From an uncultured delta proteobacterium (lineage in GTDB: Bacteria > Desulfobacterota > Desulfomonilia > Desulfomonilales > Desulfomonilaceae): a DNA stretch of 64,000 bases. The stretch lies in the NCBI GenBank assembly GCA_963789265.1, contig CAWBKB010000001.1:1216001-1280000 (forward strand), written 5' to 3'. Under the pieces are notes generated by a model that was not told the origin of the DNA, ran no database searches, and saw nothing but the letters and a program-made list of their open reading frames with translations. A program made the translations under genes and the position numbers. Position 1 is the stretch's first letter. Every line of letters starts with the position of its first letter. Positions 10,829 to 19,962 of the stretch are shown piece by piece.

Positions 10829-11020
10829 CATCAACGCGGGAATGCCTTTGCATTGAGCAAAATAGGGATTCCACCCATAGGCGTTAAAATAACGAACCTA
10901 TGCCCTCTAACCCCCCTTTAGTAAAGGAGGGAAGGGGGGATTTTGAATGCGAATTGGTTTGAGTCACCGGTGGGCAGTTCAGGCGACGGTGTCGTCTTCG
11001 GCCGTATGGAGGTGGTCACC

Positions 11021-11287
11021 ATGCAGAAAGAGGTTACATGTTGCGATTCTTGTGAGAAGATCCTCACCCGAGGCGGTATCAGGATGCATACCGGGACAGA
11101 TGGAGAAACGGTTGACTTCTGCCCTGATTGCATTGCTGCACTTCTACCCGATTACGCCGCTCGAACAAAGACCAGCTTCTTGACAGTTCAGATCTCGCGA
11201 AACGATTACGTAGTTCTTGCGGCAAAAGGCCGGGAAGACCAGGCATCGGAAGATGACGCCGAAAACGGAGGAGAAGGGGTTGCCTAG
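11021..11287 (+). CDS. Small hypothetical protein with two CxxC pairs (putative Zn finger)
   Basis: GGAGG SD before ATG 11021; CDSC...CPDC. Confidence 0.65.
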   Translation: MQKEVTCCDSCEKILTRGGIRMHTGTDGETVDFCPDCIAALLPDYAARTKTSFLTVQISRNDYVVLAAKGREDQASEDDAENGGEGVA

Positions 11288-11311
11288 CCAAGCTCAGGGG
11301 GGCCTTACGGC

Positions 11312-11343
11312 AAAAAAAAAGCAATCCAAGTAGGAGGATTGCT
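11312..11343 (-). terminator. Rho-independent terminator
   Basis: AGCAATCC-8 nt loop-GGATTGCT followed by a T8 run on the minus strand. Confidence 0.85.
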
Positions 11344-11373
11344 AAAGGGTATGGTTTAGGAGTCGTTGTTGCC
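11312..11373 (-). ncRNA. Candidate sigma54-dependent sRNA (~62 nt)
   Basis: Bounded by a consensus sigma54 promoter and an intrinsic terminator; no convincing ORF inside. Confidence 0.65.
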
Positions 11374-11383
11374 TATTGTTGTT

Positions 11384-11400
11384 AGCAACTACCGTGCCAA
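11384..11400 (-). promoter_or_regulatory. Sigma54 (-24/-12) promoter
   Basis: Minus strand TTGGCACGGTAGTTGCT matches TGGCAC-N5-TTGCW exactly. Confidence 0.85.
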
Positions 11401-11607
11401 GGCATAGAACATGCTGTTATTGTTGGGTCTGCCGGCAAATCAGGGCTTGCCGCGAGTCTGCTGGATGGTTAATTATTTCTCACCTTACAGGCAGGTTTCT
11501 CCTGCAGTGCGCAAAGTTTTCCCAGGTTGCCCCCGTACCGGGTAACCGAAGTGTTGCTTGCCAAAGCAAACAATTCACGGAGGTTGCGAACACGATGAGA
11601 ATGCAGT

Positions 11608-11817
11608 CTATCCACAGGTGTTTATAACTTCACTGGCTCTGAGCTTACTCAGAACCATGCTCTCCGGATTTCGAATAGTTATGCTTATCGTTTGATATTG
11701 CTGATTAAACCTAACTGTCCCGGTTTGGAGCAGATCGGTCCGAATCTTGAAACTCCGCTGAGTTATCAAAATTATCCACAACTCTACCATCAAGTTATCC
11801 ACAGGCTCTGTGGACCC
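11608..11817. promoter_or_regulatory. DnaA-box cluster (candidate oriC or DnaA regulatory site)
   Basis: Perfect TTATCCACA at 11772-80 and 11795-803; CTATCCACA at 11608-16; TTATAAACA (minus) at 11619-27; weaker boxes at 11763-71 and 11809-17. Confidence 0.65.
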
Positions 11818-12100
11818 CCCGCGCAAATTGGATGTCAAGAATTAATTTTTCTTCGGAACCTTGGACGAGGCTGAGTGTCCTAACCAACAAGCCCATGTGC
11901 GAAAGGCATCTACATGCCTGTTTCCGGGTGCTGCGGAAGGAATCCCCCGAATATACTATCATTCGTCTTTAGGCGAGATTCCTTCGAGGCAGAATGCGCG
12001 CATGGGCTTTCGACGTTCTTGGGTGGGTGTCCCGGGAGGATTAATCTGAAAATGTGATATAGTGGCAAACTGATACAGGCTTCTTAGTTCAGAGGTTTTC

Positions 12101-14230
12101 ATGGGAAATTGCCGGCCCCCACGCGGAGATTCTTTTGAGAGCACGGAATCAATCGACGTGGGCGATTTGTTGATCGAAGACGTAACCTCGTCCGGCAGCT
12201 TCGACTTAATGCAATTTGGCACCACTCCTTTCGGGAAATTGCTCCAAGCTTTGCCCGTTCCCGTCCTGTTGATCGACCGGTCCTTTCGCATAATCTTTGC
12301 CAACCGAGCATGTGGCAAAATAAACGCGGAATATGAAAGATTTGTGAGCGGCCCCGTCGACGTAATATCTTCCGATACGCACTCGATAAAGATCGTCCGA
12401 TCCCATTTAAAGGAAGTTTTTTCCACCAGAAAACCGCAGACTTGTGAAGCCGTGCTCCGGACGGGAAGAATCGGCGTCTGGGGTCGCTTATCTTTCCGGT
12501 CTATTAGGAGTGAAGATGAGCGCCTGATACTATTGGTTGTCGAAGATCTTACCGCCGAGAAGAAACAGCTCATTATAAGTGAGAGATACCAGGATGAATT
12601 GCAGAAGGAAGTCGTCGAGCGCAAGAAGGCGGAACGGGCGCTTGAGCAAGCGAATCGGGAACTGGAAGATCGGATAGAACAACGCACATTGGAGTTACTG
12701 AAACTAAACGACCAGATGGAGCAGGAAATCGCTGAACGAGAGCGTGCCCAGAGGCTATTGTACGAGAGTCAGGAGAGGCTCGAGTTGGCGCTGAAAGGAG
12801 CGGATCTTGGGTTATGGGACTACGACATAGAAAAGAATGTGGGATTCGTTGATCAAGTCTGGGCGGATATTTTCGGTTACTCCCTCGAAGACCTGCCGCC
12901 GGACATAAACTTGTGGAGAAGCTTGCTTCATCCGGAAGATAGACCCGCCGTAATTGAAGCATGGAATGCCCACCTGGAAGGCCGTAAGCCTTTTTACGAG
13001 GCGGAGCATAGGGTAAAGGCCAAGTCGGGAGAATGGAATTGGGTCCTGTCCCGGGGGAAGGTTGTAGAACGAGACAGGCACGGCAAGCCTTTACGAGTCT
13101 CCGGAACAGCCTATAACATCTCGGATCGCAAGCTCGCGGAAGAAAAACTTTTGCAAATGTCCAAGGTCTTCATGGAATCGATAGACCCGATCTTCATTAG
13201 AGACCTGGAAGGCAACATAATCGATCTGAACAAGGCGGCTGAAGATACTTACGGATGGTCTCGGGACGAGTTGATCGGCAAGTCTGTCAAGACAATCGTA
13301 TCCGCCACTCGGCACGACGTAGTGGACGAGTTACATGAGAGATGCAAGCGCGGAGATAAAGTGGAAAACGTGGAAGCGCTCCACCGAAATAAGTCGGGTG
13401 ATGTCATACCTGTCCTGGTAAGCCTTTCTCTCTTGACGAACAAGAAAGGTGAGCCGGTGGGCATTGCAAGCATTGCCAAAAACCTGAGCGATCTCAAGCG
13501 GACCGAGGAAATGCTTCGAGCCAAGACCGACGCGTTGGTGCGCAGCAACAAGGATTTGGAGGAGTTTGCTTATGTTGCAGCGCATGACCTGAGGGAACCA
13601 CTTGTCGGAATCGCCGCTTATTTAAAGGTCCTGGAGAAGCGCTTCAAAGCCAGACTCGACCCGGAGGCTCACAAATTTGTCTCCCGTGCACTGGAAATAA
13701 CTATCCGAATGGACTCCCTGGTGCAAAGCCTTCTGTCTTATGCGCGTTTGGGGACTGGGACAAAGTCGTTTCAGCCGACTGACTGTACGGTGGCGCTGGA
13801 GCGAGCCCTATCTAACTTGAGGTCTGCGCTGGAGGAAATCCACGTCAAAGTCAGCAGAGGGCCACTCCCGACCGTGATGGGAAATCTTTCGCAAATGGTC
13901 CAATTATTTCAGAATCTTGTTAGCAATGCCATCAAGTTTGCCGGAGACAGACCTCTTGAGATTCATATCGGCGCGCTGCCGGATGAATCCCAGTGGAAGT
14001 TCTATGTGAAGGATAATGGAATTGGCATCGAACCACCATATTTCGACAGGATCTTTAGAATCTTTCAACGGCTTGAAGCGACTCAGGAACGCGCAGGAAC
14101 GGGTATTGGCCTGGCTAGTTGCAAAAGGATTGTGGAGAGCCACGGTGGGCGAATTTGGGTGGAATCCGAACCCGGCAAGGGCTCGACCTTCTTCTTTACC
14201 ATACCGCGCTCCAAGGAATCCGTGACTTGA
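12101..14230 (+). CDS. Multi-PAS sensor histidine kinase
   Basis: PAS/PAC segments, FAYVAAHDLREPL H-box, NLVSNAIKF, DNGIGI, GTGIGL. Confidence 0.95.
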   Translation: MGNCRPPRGDSFESTESIDVGDLLIEDVTSSGSFDLMQFGTTPFGKLLQALPVPVLLIDRSFRIIFANRACGKINAEYERFVSGPVDVISSDTHSIKIVRSHLKEVFSTRKPQTCEAVLRTGRIGVWGRLSFRSIRSEDERLILLVVEDLTAEKKQLIISERYQDELQKEVVERKKAERALEQANRELEDRIEQRTLELLKLNDQMEQEIAERERAQRLLYESQERLELALKGADLGLWDYDIEKNVGFVDQVWADIFGYSLEDLPPDINLWRSLLHPEDRPAVIEAWNAHLEGRKPFYEAEHRVKAKSGEWNWVLSRGKVVERDRHGKPLRVSGTAYNISDRKLAEEKLLQMSKVFMESIDPIFIRDLEGNIIDLNKAAEDTYGWSRDELIGKSVKTIVSATRHDVVDELHERCKRGDKVENVEALHRNKSGDVIPVLVSLSLLTNKKGEPVGIASIAKNLSDLKRTEEMLRAKTDALVRSNKDLEEFAYVAAHDLREPLVGIAAYLKVLEKRFKARLDPEAHKFVSRALEITIRMDSLVQSLLSYARLGTGTKSFQPTDCTVALERALSNLRSALEEIHVKVSRGPLPTVMGNLSQMVQLFQNLVSNAIKFAGDRPLEIHIGALPDESQWKFYVKDNGIGIEPPYFDRIFRIFQRLEATQERAGTGIGLASCKRIVESHGGRIWVESEPGKGSTFFFTIPRSKESVT

Positions 14231-14355
14231 GCTTTCGGCAGCCCAGCCTTTTCATCCTCAACATCGCACGGATTGATCCATCCCAATTTTGAAGCGACTA
14301 AACACTTGTCGAGTATCCTTCCAGTTATCCGGGGTCAGCGATCCGTTCCAACCGG

Positions 14356-14498
14356 TATCATTGCGAGTCCCGCGGAACGCGGGAAAGCAATCTTTTCCTT
14401 TAAACGCCGCTTAGATTGCCGGTGGGACGGGCATCTTGCCCGTCATCCCTAATAGACAGGCTGGAAGCCTGTCCCACCATGCACTCCTCGCAATGACA
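14356..14498. repeat. TCATTGCGAG element with nested REP doublet (14421-14478)
   Basis: Match to both repeat families. Confidence 0.85.
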
Positions 14499-14644
14499 AT
14501 TTCCCGTCCGTAAGTGAATGGTAACGTTGTCGATCAAAAACTCCTTTGCATTGTCTAATCGAATGTGCTACGGCTCCTGTCATTGGATCCTCGCTGCCGG
14601 GGATTTTATGCTTATGTGAGTAGTGAGGTAGGAGTCGAGTAGTT

Positions 14645-14953
14645 ATGCTGAAATACAAATGCCTGTTGTGCGGAATCGAGTGGGGCGACCCAAGAGCGTC
14701 GGAATCCGACATCTCCCACGGATACTGCCCTACCTGCATACGAAAACAGTACACGAGTAGGATTCATAGGGCCCAGCGAGAAGCCGGGTACTCTGATTGT
14801 TTCAACCGCGGGCACAATGACTGCGCGGAACATGCTTGCTGCTTCAGAACAGCATGTCAAGAGGATTTGGTAAAAAGCTGGAAAAGGGCAATCATTCAAG
14901 GAGACGCAGGGGTGGAACCCGAAGGATTGATCTGCGATGCTGCGACCGCATAA
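14645..14953 (+). CDS. Small Cys-rich hypothetical protein
   Basis: AGGAG SD; CLLC..SHGYCPTC and DCF..C..CC..C. Confidence 0.75.
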   Translation: MLKYKCLLCGIEWGDPRASESDISHGYCPTCIRKQYTSRIHRAQREAGYSDCFNRGHNDCAEHACCFRTACQEDLVKSWKRAIIQGDAGVEPEGLICDAATA

Positions 14954-15040
14954 GTATTGCTTGATCTCTCTGTCCATGACTGATCTCATCACTCCGGAGC
15001 GCCGTAGTTGGAACTGCGTGCTTCGTATTCCGATGGCGGG

Positions 15041-16211
15041 TCAAAGAGAAGGACTCTGTTCCCATCGCAGCGTCAGGATATAGTCGTCACTCACTTCGAC
15101 GTGGGTCCCAAAGGCAGCACCTTCCCGATTCAACATGGCGCTCAACCACAGTGCATCGGCCCTCGAAGCCAAGTCTACCTTGAAGCGTCTGATCTGTGTG
15201 GGTACCATCCGTAGAAGGACGAGTTCCCCGGTCGGGGGATTCAAGCTGACAAAATACATTAGACCCAGGTCTCCCCGAAACCCCTCATGGCCGCCGATGC
15301 CCTCGTAGTCATCCAGGAAATCACCACAACCGTAGATGACAAGTTTGCTTTTGTAGACTTCTATCCCTTTCACATGGTGTGAAGAATGCCCGTGGATTAG
15401 GTCAATCCCGGCGCGGTCGATTAGATTGTGAGCAAAATCGACTTGCTCACCAGCGATTCCATAACCCCAATTGCCGCCCCAGTGGACTGAGGCAATGACC
15501 GCGTCTCCCGGCCGCTTGACTTCTTTGACCCTCGTTTGAATAGCTCTTATCGCTTTCTCCGAAAGATCGTTCAAGAGATTTACCCCGGGTCTACTTGGCG
15601 AAGCTGCCCAGGAAGGGGGAATTCCACTTGTTGGTGACCCGAAGGAGAATACTATCACTCTCCCCTTACCCCGGGCTTCCAATACTGCCGGGGATGTAGC
15701 CTCTTCCAGGTTCCGGCCTGCTCCGGCGCTCTGTACCTTTCGCGGTCTTTAGGGTTTCCAATGTCTCGATGAGACCGGCGAATCCCCAGTCCAGAACATG
15801 ATTGTTGGCTAGAACGCAAAGGTCCGTCTTGGCCGCGGTTATGCAAGGCGCATTCTGTGGATGCATTCTGTAGTTTATTCCCTTGCCTCTCCAGTAGTCC
15901 TCACTGGTGGTTATACTCGTTTCAAGATTAATGATCCTGAGGTCCGGCGCCATTCTTTCCAGTACGTCAAGTGCATCTCCCCAAATGTAAGAATGACTCA
16001 CAGGTTTGGGAATGGGACCGTTCGCCCTTTCAGCCAGGTGCACGTAGTCTACGGCATCTTTTACGTAAGGCTCATAAAGGACAGGCTTGCTAGGGTGAGG
16101 CAACACCTGATCAATGCCTCTGCCTGTCATGACATCACCGCAGAGGAAAATCGTGATCATGCGGGCCGTGTCCGATGATCCGACAAAGGGTTTTGATTCA
16201 ACGTTATTCAT
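15041..16211 (-). CDS. CapA/poly-gamma-glutamate-type metallophosphoesterase (frameshift ~15740)
   Basis: GDVMTGRG, INLET, LANNHVLD, SVHWG, GHSSHH spread over two frames. Confidence 0.9.
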
Positions 16212-16243
16212 CTTGGGATATAACCCCTCAGCAGCGATCTCGC

Positions 16244-16522
16244 TTCACCGCGGAGGGCGCCAAGAACGCAGAGAAAAGAAGATTTAGAGATTCCCAAAAG
16301 TAATCACGGGAAAAGAAAATGATTGGGTGGTGACGCCCCGCGCTGAACGCGGGGCTGCCCGTCCATCAGCGACAGTTTGTCCCGCGCCTCGCGGGAGTGT
16401 CCCAACCAGCATAAGTTAAGTGCCAAGACGCATCCAAACACGACGACAATTCTTTCGGAGACCCACTGTGGACGTACGGAGAAGACAGAATTCTCCGCGG
16501 TCTCTGCGTCCTCCGCGGTGAA
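16244..16522. repeat. CACCGCGGAG/CACAGAG-type inverted repeat element with an internal REP-like insert
   Basis: 13-bp perfect IR TTCACCGCGGAGG/CCTCCGCGGTGAA; relatives at ~33840, 61523-61595, ~62864. Confidence 0.75.
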
Positions 16523-16556
16523 CTTTTACTTTGAATTATAAGTCCTCTCCCGCACT

Positions 16557-17012
16557 TCAGCCTTTGTTTTTTACCTCTTGAGGCAATAATTCCGAAAGCA
16601 ATCCGCTCCAGGGCAGAATAACCTTTTCAACGATAATGGAGATCGACAGGCCGTTTCGTCCCTGACGTTGGAGTTTTCCCTCCAGAGTCAGCAATTCGCT
16701 CGTATAAATGACGCGTGCAGAATCTTTCTGAGCTTTGGGAAATACCGCGGCGTCCCACAACCCTGTCTCATCCTCTAAGGTTAGGAATATCACTCGCTTA
16801 CCACTTTTAGTGGGCGGAGTATGTGCGATTACGAGTAGACCACTAACCCGCACCCTTCGTCCTGAAGGGATTTTACGTAGCTGGCGAGCCGTAACAACCC
16901 CTTGCTCCCTTAGCTTGCGTCTCAGCACCGCCAGAGGATGCGTACGACAAAAGACGCTCATTGATCCGGCTTCTCTCAAAGCTGCAGCGGCATCCGACAT
17001 TTTATCCTGCAT
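16557..17012 (-). CDS. Stand-alone OB-fold protein equivalent to the DnaE2 C-terminus
   Basis: HPLAVLR, VRVSGL, PPTKSGKRVIFLTLEDETG; own GGAGG SD, overlaps the upstream stop. Confidence 0.85.
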   Translation of the reverse strand: MQDKMSDAAAALREAGSMSVFCRTHPLAVLRRKLREQGVVTARQLRKIPSGRRVRVSGLLVIAHTPPTKSGKRVIFLTLEDETGLWDAAVFPKAQKDSARVIYTSELLTLEGKLQRQGRNGLSISIIVEKVILPWSGLLSELLPQEVKNKG

Positions 17013-19617
17013 CGCAGACCTCCCGAATCAGCGTCCATTCTTCATCCAGCCGTTCCAATGCACCTGCCGCGGAAAGAGGACCGAGTATCCTTTTCGGCGG
17101 AGAGAAACGAACTAAAAAGTCTTGCAGACTGCTGAACAGTCCCCTTCTTTCGCGCTCGGCTATTATTCTCCGAGCTGTTGCCTCGCCCACTCCGTTTATC
17201 ACTCGGAGAGGAACTCTGATGCCCCGACCTTCAGCCTCATACTGCAAGCCGCTGTAATTCACATGGGGAGGATACACAGGGATCCCTTTTCTTCTCGCTT
17301 CATTCAAAATCACATACGGTGGATACGAGCCGACCTGACCCGCATTGAGCAAGCCTATGTAGAATGCCTGGGGATGGTGGGCCTTCAGGTATGCGCTCTG
17401 GTACGTGATGTGGGCAAAGCTGGCGGCATGAGCTTTACAGAACCCAAAACTGGCGAACGCGGCGATTCTGTTGAAGATCTGTTCGGCAAGTCTTCGACTA
17501 TACCCCCCCTTAGTAGCCCCCTCAATGAATTGGTGTTTTAGGGATTCCATCGCGCCCGACTTGCGATCCTTCGTCATAGCCCTACGGAACAAGTCTGCGT
17601 CGCTATACGGCAAGCCAGCGAAGGTATGTACGATACGCAACACCTGCTCCTGGAAGAGAATCACTCCATACGTATCGAAAAGAATGGGAACGAGGTCGTT
17701 GTGAGGGATTTTGACAGGTTCCTGCCTGTTCCTTCTTTTCACATACACCTGAACCATGTCCCCCTCAACAGGCCCAGGTCTGAAAAGGCTGATCTCATCT
17801 ATCAGATCGCCGAAGCGTCTCGGCTGTAGGTGACCGAGCAAGTTTCTCTGGCCCGGTGATTCGAGCTGGAAAACTCCGAGAGTCTCAGTAGTGCGGAGAA
17901 GGGCATAGGTCTTTTTGTCATCCAGGGGCATTCGATCGAGGTCCAAGAATATCCCCTTATTCTTAAGCAGTTTCAATGCCTTCCGAATAGCTGTGTGCGT
18001 CCTTAGACCTAAGATGTCCAATTTCAACAACCCCAGAACATCAACATCGTCCTTATCCAATTGCCCAACAGGGAGTTCGTGCGGTGACAGCCCCACCGGA
18101 GTCCAATCCTTCACATCCCTCGGTGCGATGACTACCCCGCCGAGATGTGTCGAGCACTGGAACGGGAGACCGGTCAGTTTCGCGGCAATCTGAATGAGTC
18201 GGTCTTCTTTCTTGAGCGGTGAGTCCTTTAATTCAGGCAGATTTCCAAGTGCTTCATTCAGATCGTGGCCTCGGAGCGACCAGGGAAGGCATGTGGCAAG
18301 GCGATCTATTTCGGTCAAGGAATAGCCGAGGGAACGAGCCGCCAGTCGCACGGCGCTCCGTACCTTGAACGTATGAATGGTACAAACCATTGCCGTTTGC
18401 CTGGGGAACAAATTCATGAGGTGGCGGATAACCTCGTCCCGCCGATCGGAGTCAAAGTCCACGTCAATGTCCGGTAGATCGCGCCTGCCTTCGTTGATAA
18501 AGCGTTCAAACAAAAGATTGTGGCGTATCGGGTCCACTCCGCCCAACAGGAGATGAATCACCAAACTACCGGCTGCGGATCCGCGAACGCTGTGGCGAAT
18601 GCCTTGTTTGCGAGCGAATTTAACTACTTTTCGGATCAAGAGGAAAAAGTCGGCCAACTTCAACTGGTTTATGACGGTTAATTCATGGTCTATCTGCCGT
18701 AGATAATGAGTCGGAATGGGGCGATAACGTTTGGCCGCCTCTTTATAGGTCAGAATTGTGAGATCCTTTGATGCTTCACCGGAACGACGAAACGACGGCG
18801 GATGGAGCCGTCCTATAGGAAATGAGAAGCCGCGGCAGAGTTCCGCGATAAGGGATGTATTCTCAAGAGCCTCAGTATATGGAACACGTCGCTTCATCTC
18901 CGAACCTGAAGCCAAAAAGTAGCGATCGTTGGGTAGTGGTTCAATAAAGCGGTGATGATGATGGTTTTGAATTCCCACAAGAGTTTGATGAATTATGTAA
19001 TCTTCAGGCTTGAGAAAAGCCACGTCATTGGTCGCGACAGTCGGGATACCCAGGCTCCCGGATATTTCCAGGGCCTGTTCCATGACCGAATATGCTTCCT
19101 TCGCCGGTTCTTCAGGCTGAGCGTGGTTTTGGAGAATCAGAAACAGCGACTGCTTCTCATGCAGAACTTTCCTTATTTCAATTAAGGACTGCCTTGCAGC
19201 ATCAATCCTACCTTTTTCCAACAAGTTTTTAATGATCGAGCCCCTGCCGCCGGCGAGGCATATCAATCCCTCGCTCCAGTGGGACAAGTCCTGTTTGGTT
19301 ATGAAGTTTGTCTGAGATGTTCCGCCTTCCAGGGCAAGGGAGAGAAGACGGCAGAGATTTCCATACCCTTGGAAGTCTGATGCCAGAAGAATCACCGGGG
19401 AGCCGTCCCATATCGAAATCTTAGCTCCAACAATAGGTTGTATTCCGGCAGCGATGGCAGCCTTATAAAACCTGATTGCCCCGTGAACGCCGTCATCCGT
19501 GAGGGCCACTGCCCTTTGACCGAGGGCAATCGTCTCTTCAACCAGTGCTTCCGGTGTAAAAGTTCCCCAGAGGAAAGAGAAGGCGCTTTGAACTTCAAGA
19601 TGTACGAAATTATCCAT
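17002..19617 (-). CDS. dnaE2: Error-prone DNA polymerase III alpha (DnaE2-like), lacking OB domain
   Basis: Degenerate PHP domain, RGSAAGS, PDIDVDF, KLDILGL, FQLESPGQ, FGFCKAHAASFA. Confidence 0.9.
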   Translation of the reverse strand: MDNFVHLEVQSAFSFLWGTFTPEALVEETIALGQRAVALTDDGVHGAIRFYKAAIAAGIQPIVGAKISIWDGSPVILLASDFQGYGNLCRLLSLALEGGTSQTNFITKQDLSHWSEGLICLAGGRGSIIKNLLEKGRIDAARQSLIEIRKVLHEKQSLFLILQNHAQPEEPAKEAYSVMEQALEISGSLGIPTVATNDVAFLKPEDYIIHQTLVGIQNHHHHRFIEPLPNDRYFLASGSEMKRRVPYTEALENTSLIAELCRGFSFPIGRLHPPSFRRSGEASKDLTILTYKEAAKRYRPIPTHYLRQIDHELTVINQLKLADFFLLIRKVVKFARKQGIRHSVRGSAAGSLVIHLLLGGVDPIRHNLLFERFINEGRRDLPDIDVDFDSDRRDEVIRHLMNLFPRQTAMVCTIHTFKVRSAVRLAARSLGYSLTEIDRLATCLPWSLRGHDLNEALGNLPELKDSPLKKEDRLIQIAAKLTGLPFQCSTHLGGVVIAPRDVKDWTPVGLSPHELPVGQLDKDDVDVLGLLKLDILGLRTHTAIRKALKLLKNKGIFLDLDRMPLDDKKTYALLRTTETLGVFQLESPGQRNLLGHLQPRRFGDLIDEISLFRPGPVEGDMVQVYVKRRNRQEPVKIPHNDLVPILFDTYGVILFQEQVLRIVHTFAGLPYSDADLFRRAMTKDRKSGAMESLKHQFIEGATKGGYSRRLAEQIFNRIAAFASFGFCKAHAASFAHITYQSAYLKAHHPQAFYIGLLNAGQVGSYPPYVILNEARRKGIPVYPPHVNYSGLQYEAEGRGIRVPLRVINGVGEATARRIIAERERRGLFSSLQDFLVRFSPPKRILGPLSAAGALERLDEEWTLIREVCDAG

Positions 19618-19632
19618 TTAAGAGCCTCTTGA

Positions 19633-19722
19633 TCACGGTTTAAGGCGAACCACCCCGATCAGTTTCCCAAGGATTCTGATCCTGGCTCGATCCTTGCCTT
19701 TGAAAGCTGTGATGATGCTCAT
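19633..19722 (-). pseudogene. 29-aa mini-ORF resembling the LexA C-terminal strand
   Basis: MSIITAFKGKDRARIRILGKLIGVVRLKP; RILGKLIGVVR resembles the S24 peptidase/LexA end; lies between the SOS box and dnaE2. Confidence 0.5.
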
Positions 19723-19753
19723 GAGACACCGCAGAACAAATATTTTCATTCAC

Positions 19754-19782
19754 AATATGGAGAACATTTGTTCTGGTGTCAA
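19754..19782 (-). promoter_or_regulatory. dnaE2 promoter with LexA-type operator in the spacer
   Basis: TTGACA-N17-CATATT on the minus strand; AGAAC-ATTT-GTTCT at 19761-19774. Confidence 0.8.
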
Positions 19783-19962
19783 GAAAAATGCTGTCCTTAA
19801 CAGAGGTAATCATTCTCACAGGCAGCAAAAGCTTGTCATTGTGAGGCCGCGTCTCGCAAGATGAACCCATCAGTAGGATGGGCGTCCCGCCCGTCGATTT
19901 GTGATAGGATGGGCCAAACTGTCGCTGAAATTTTCAGATCCGCCGGATAGAAGGAAATCGTC

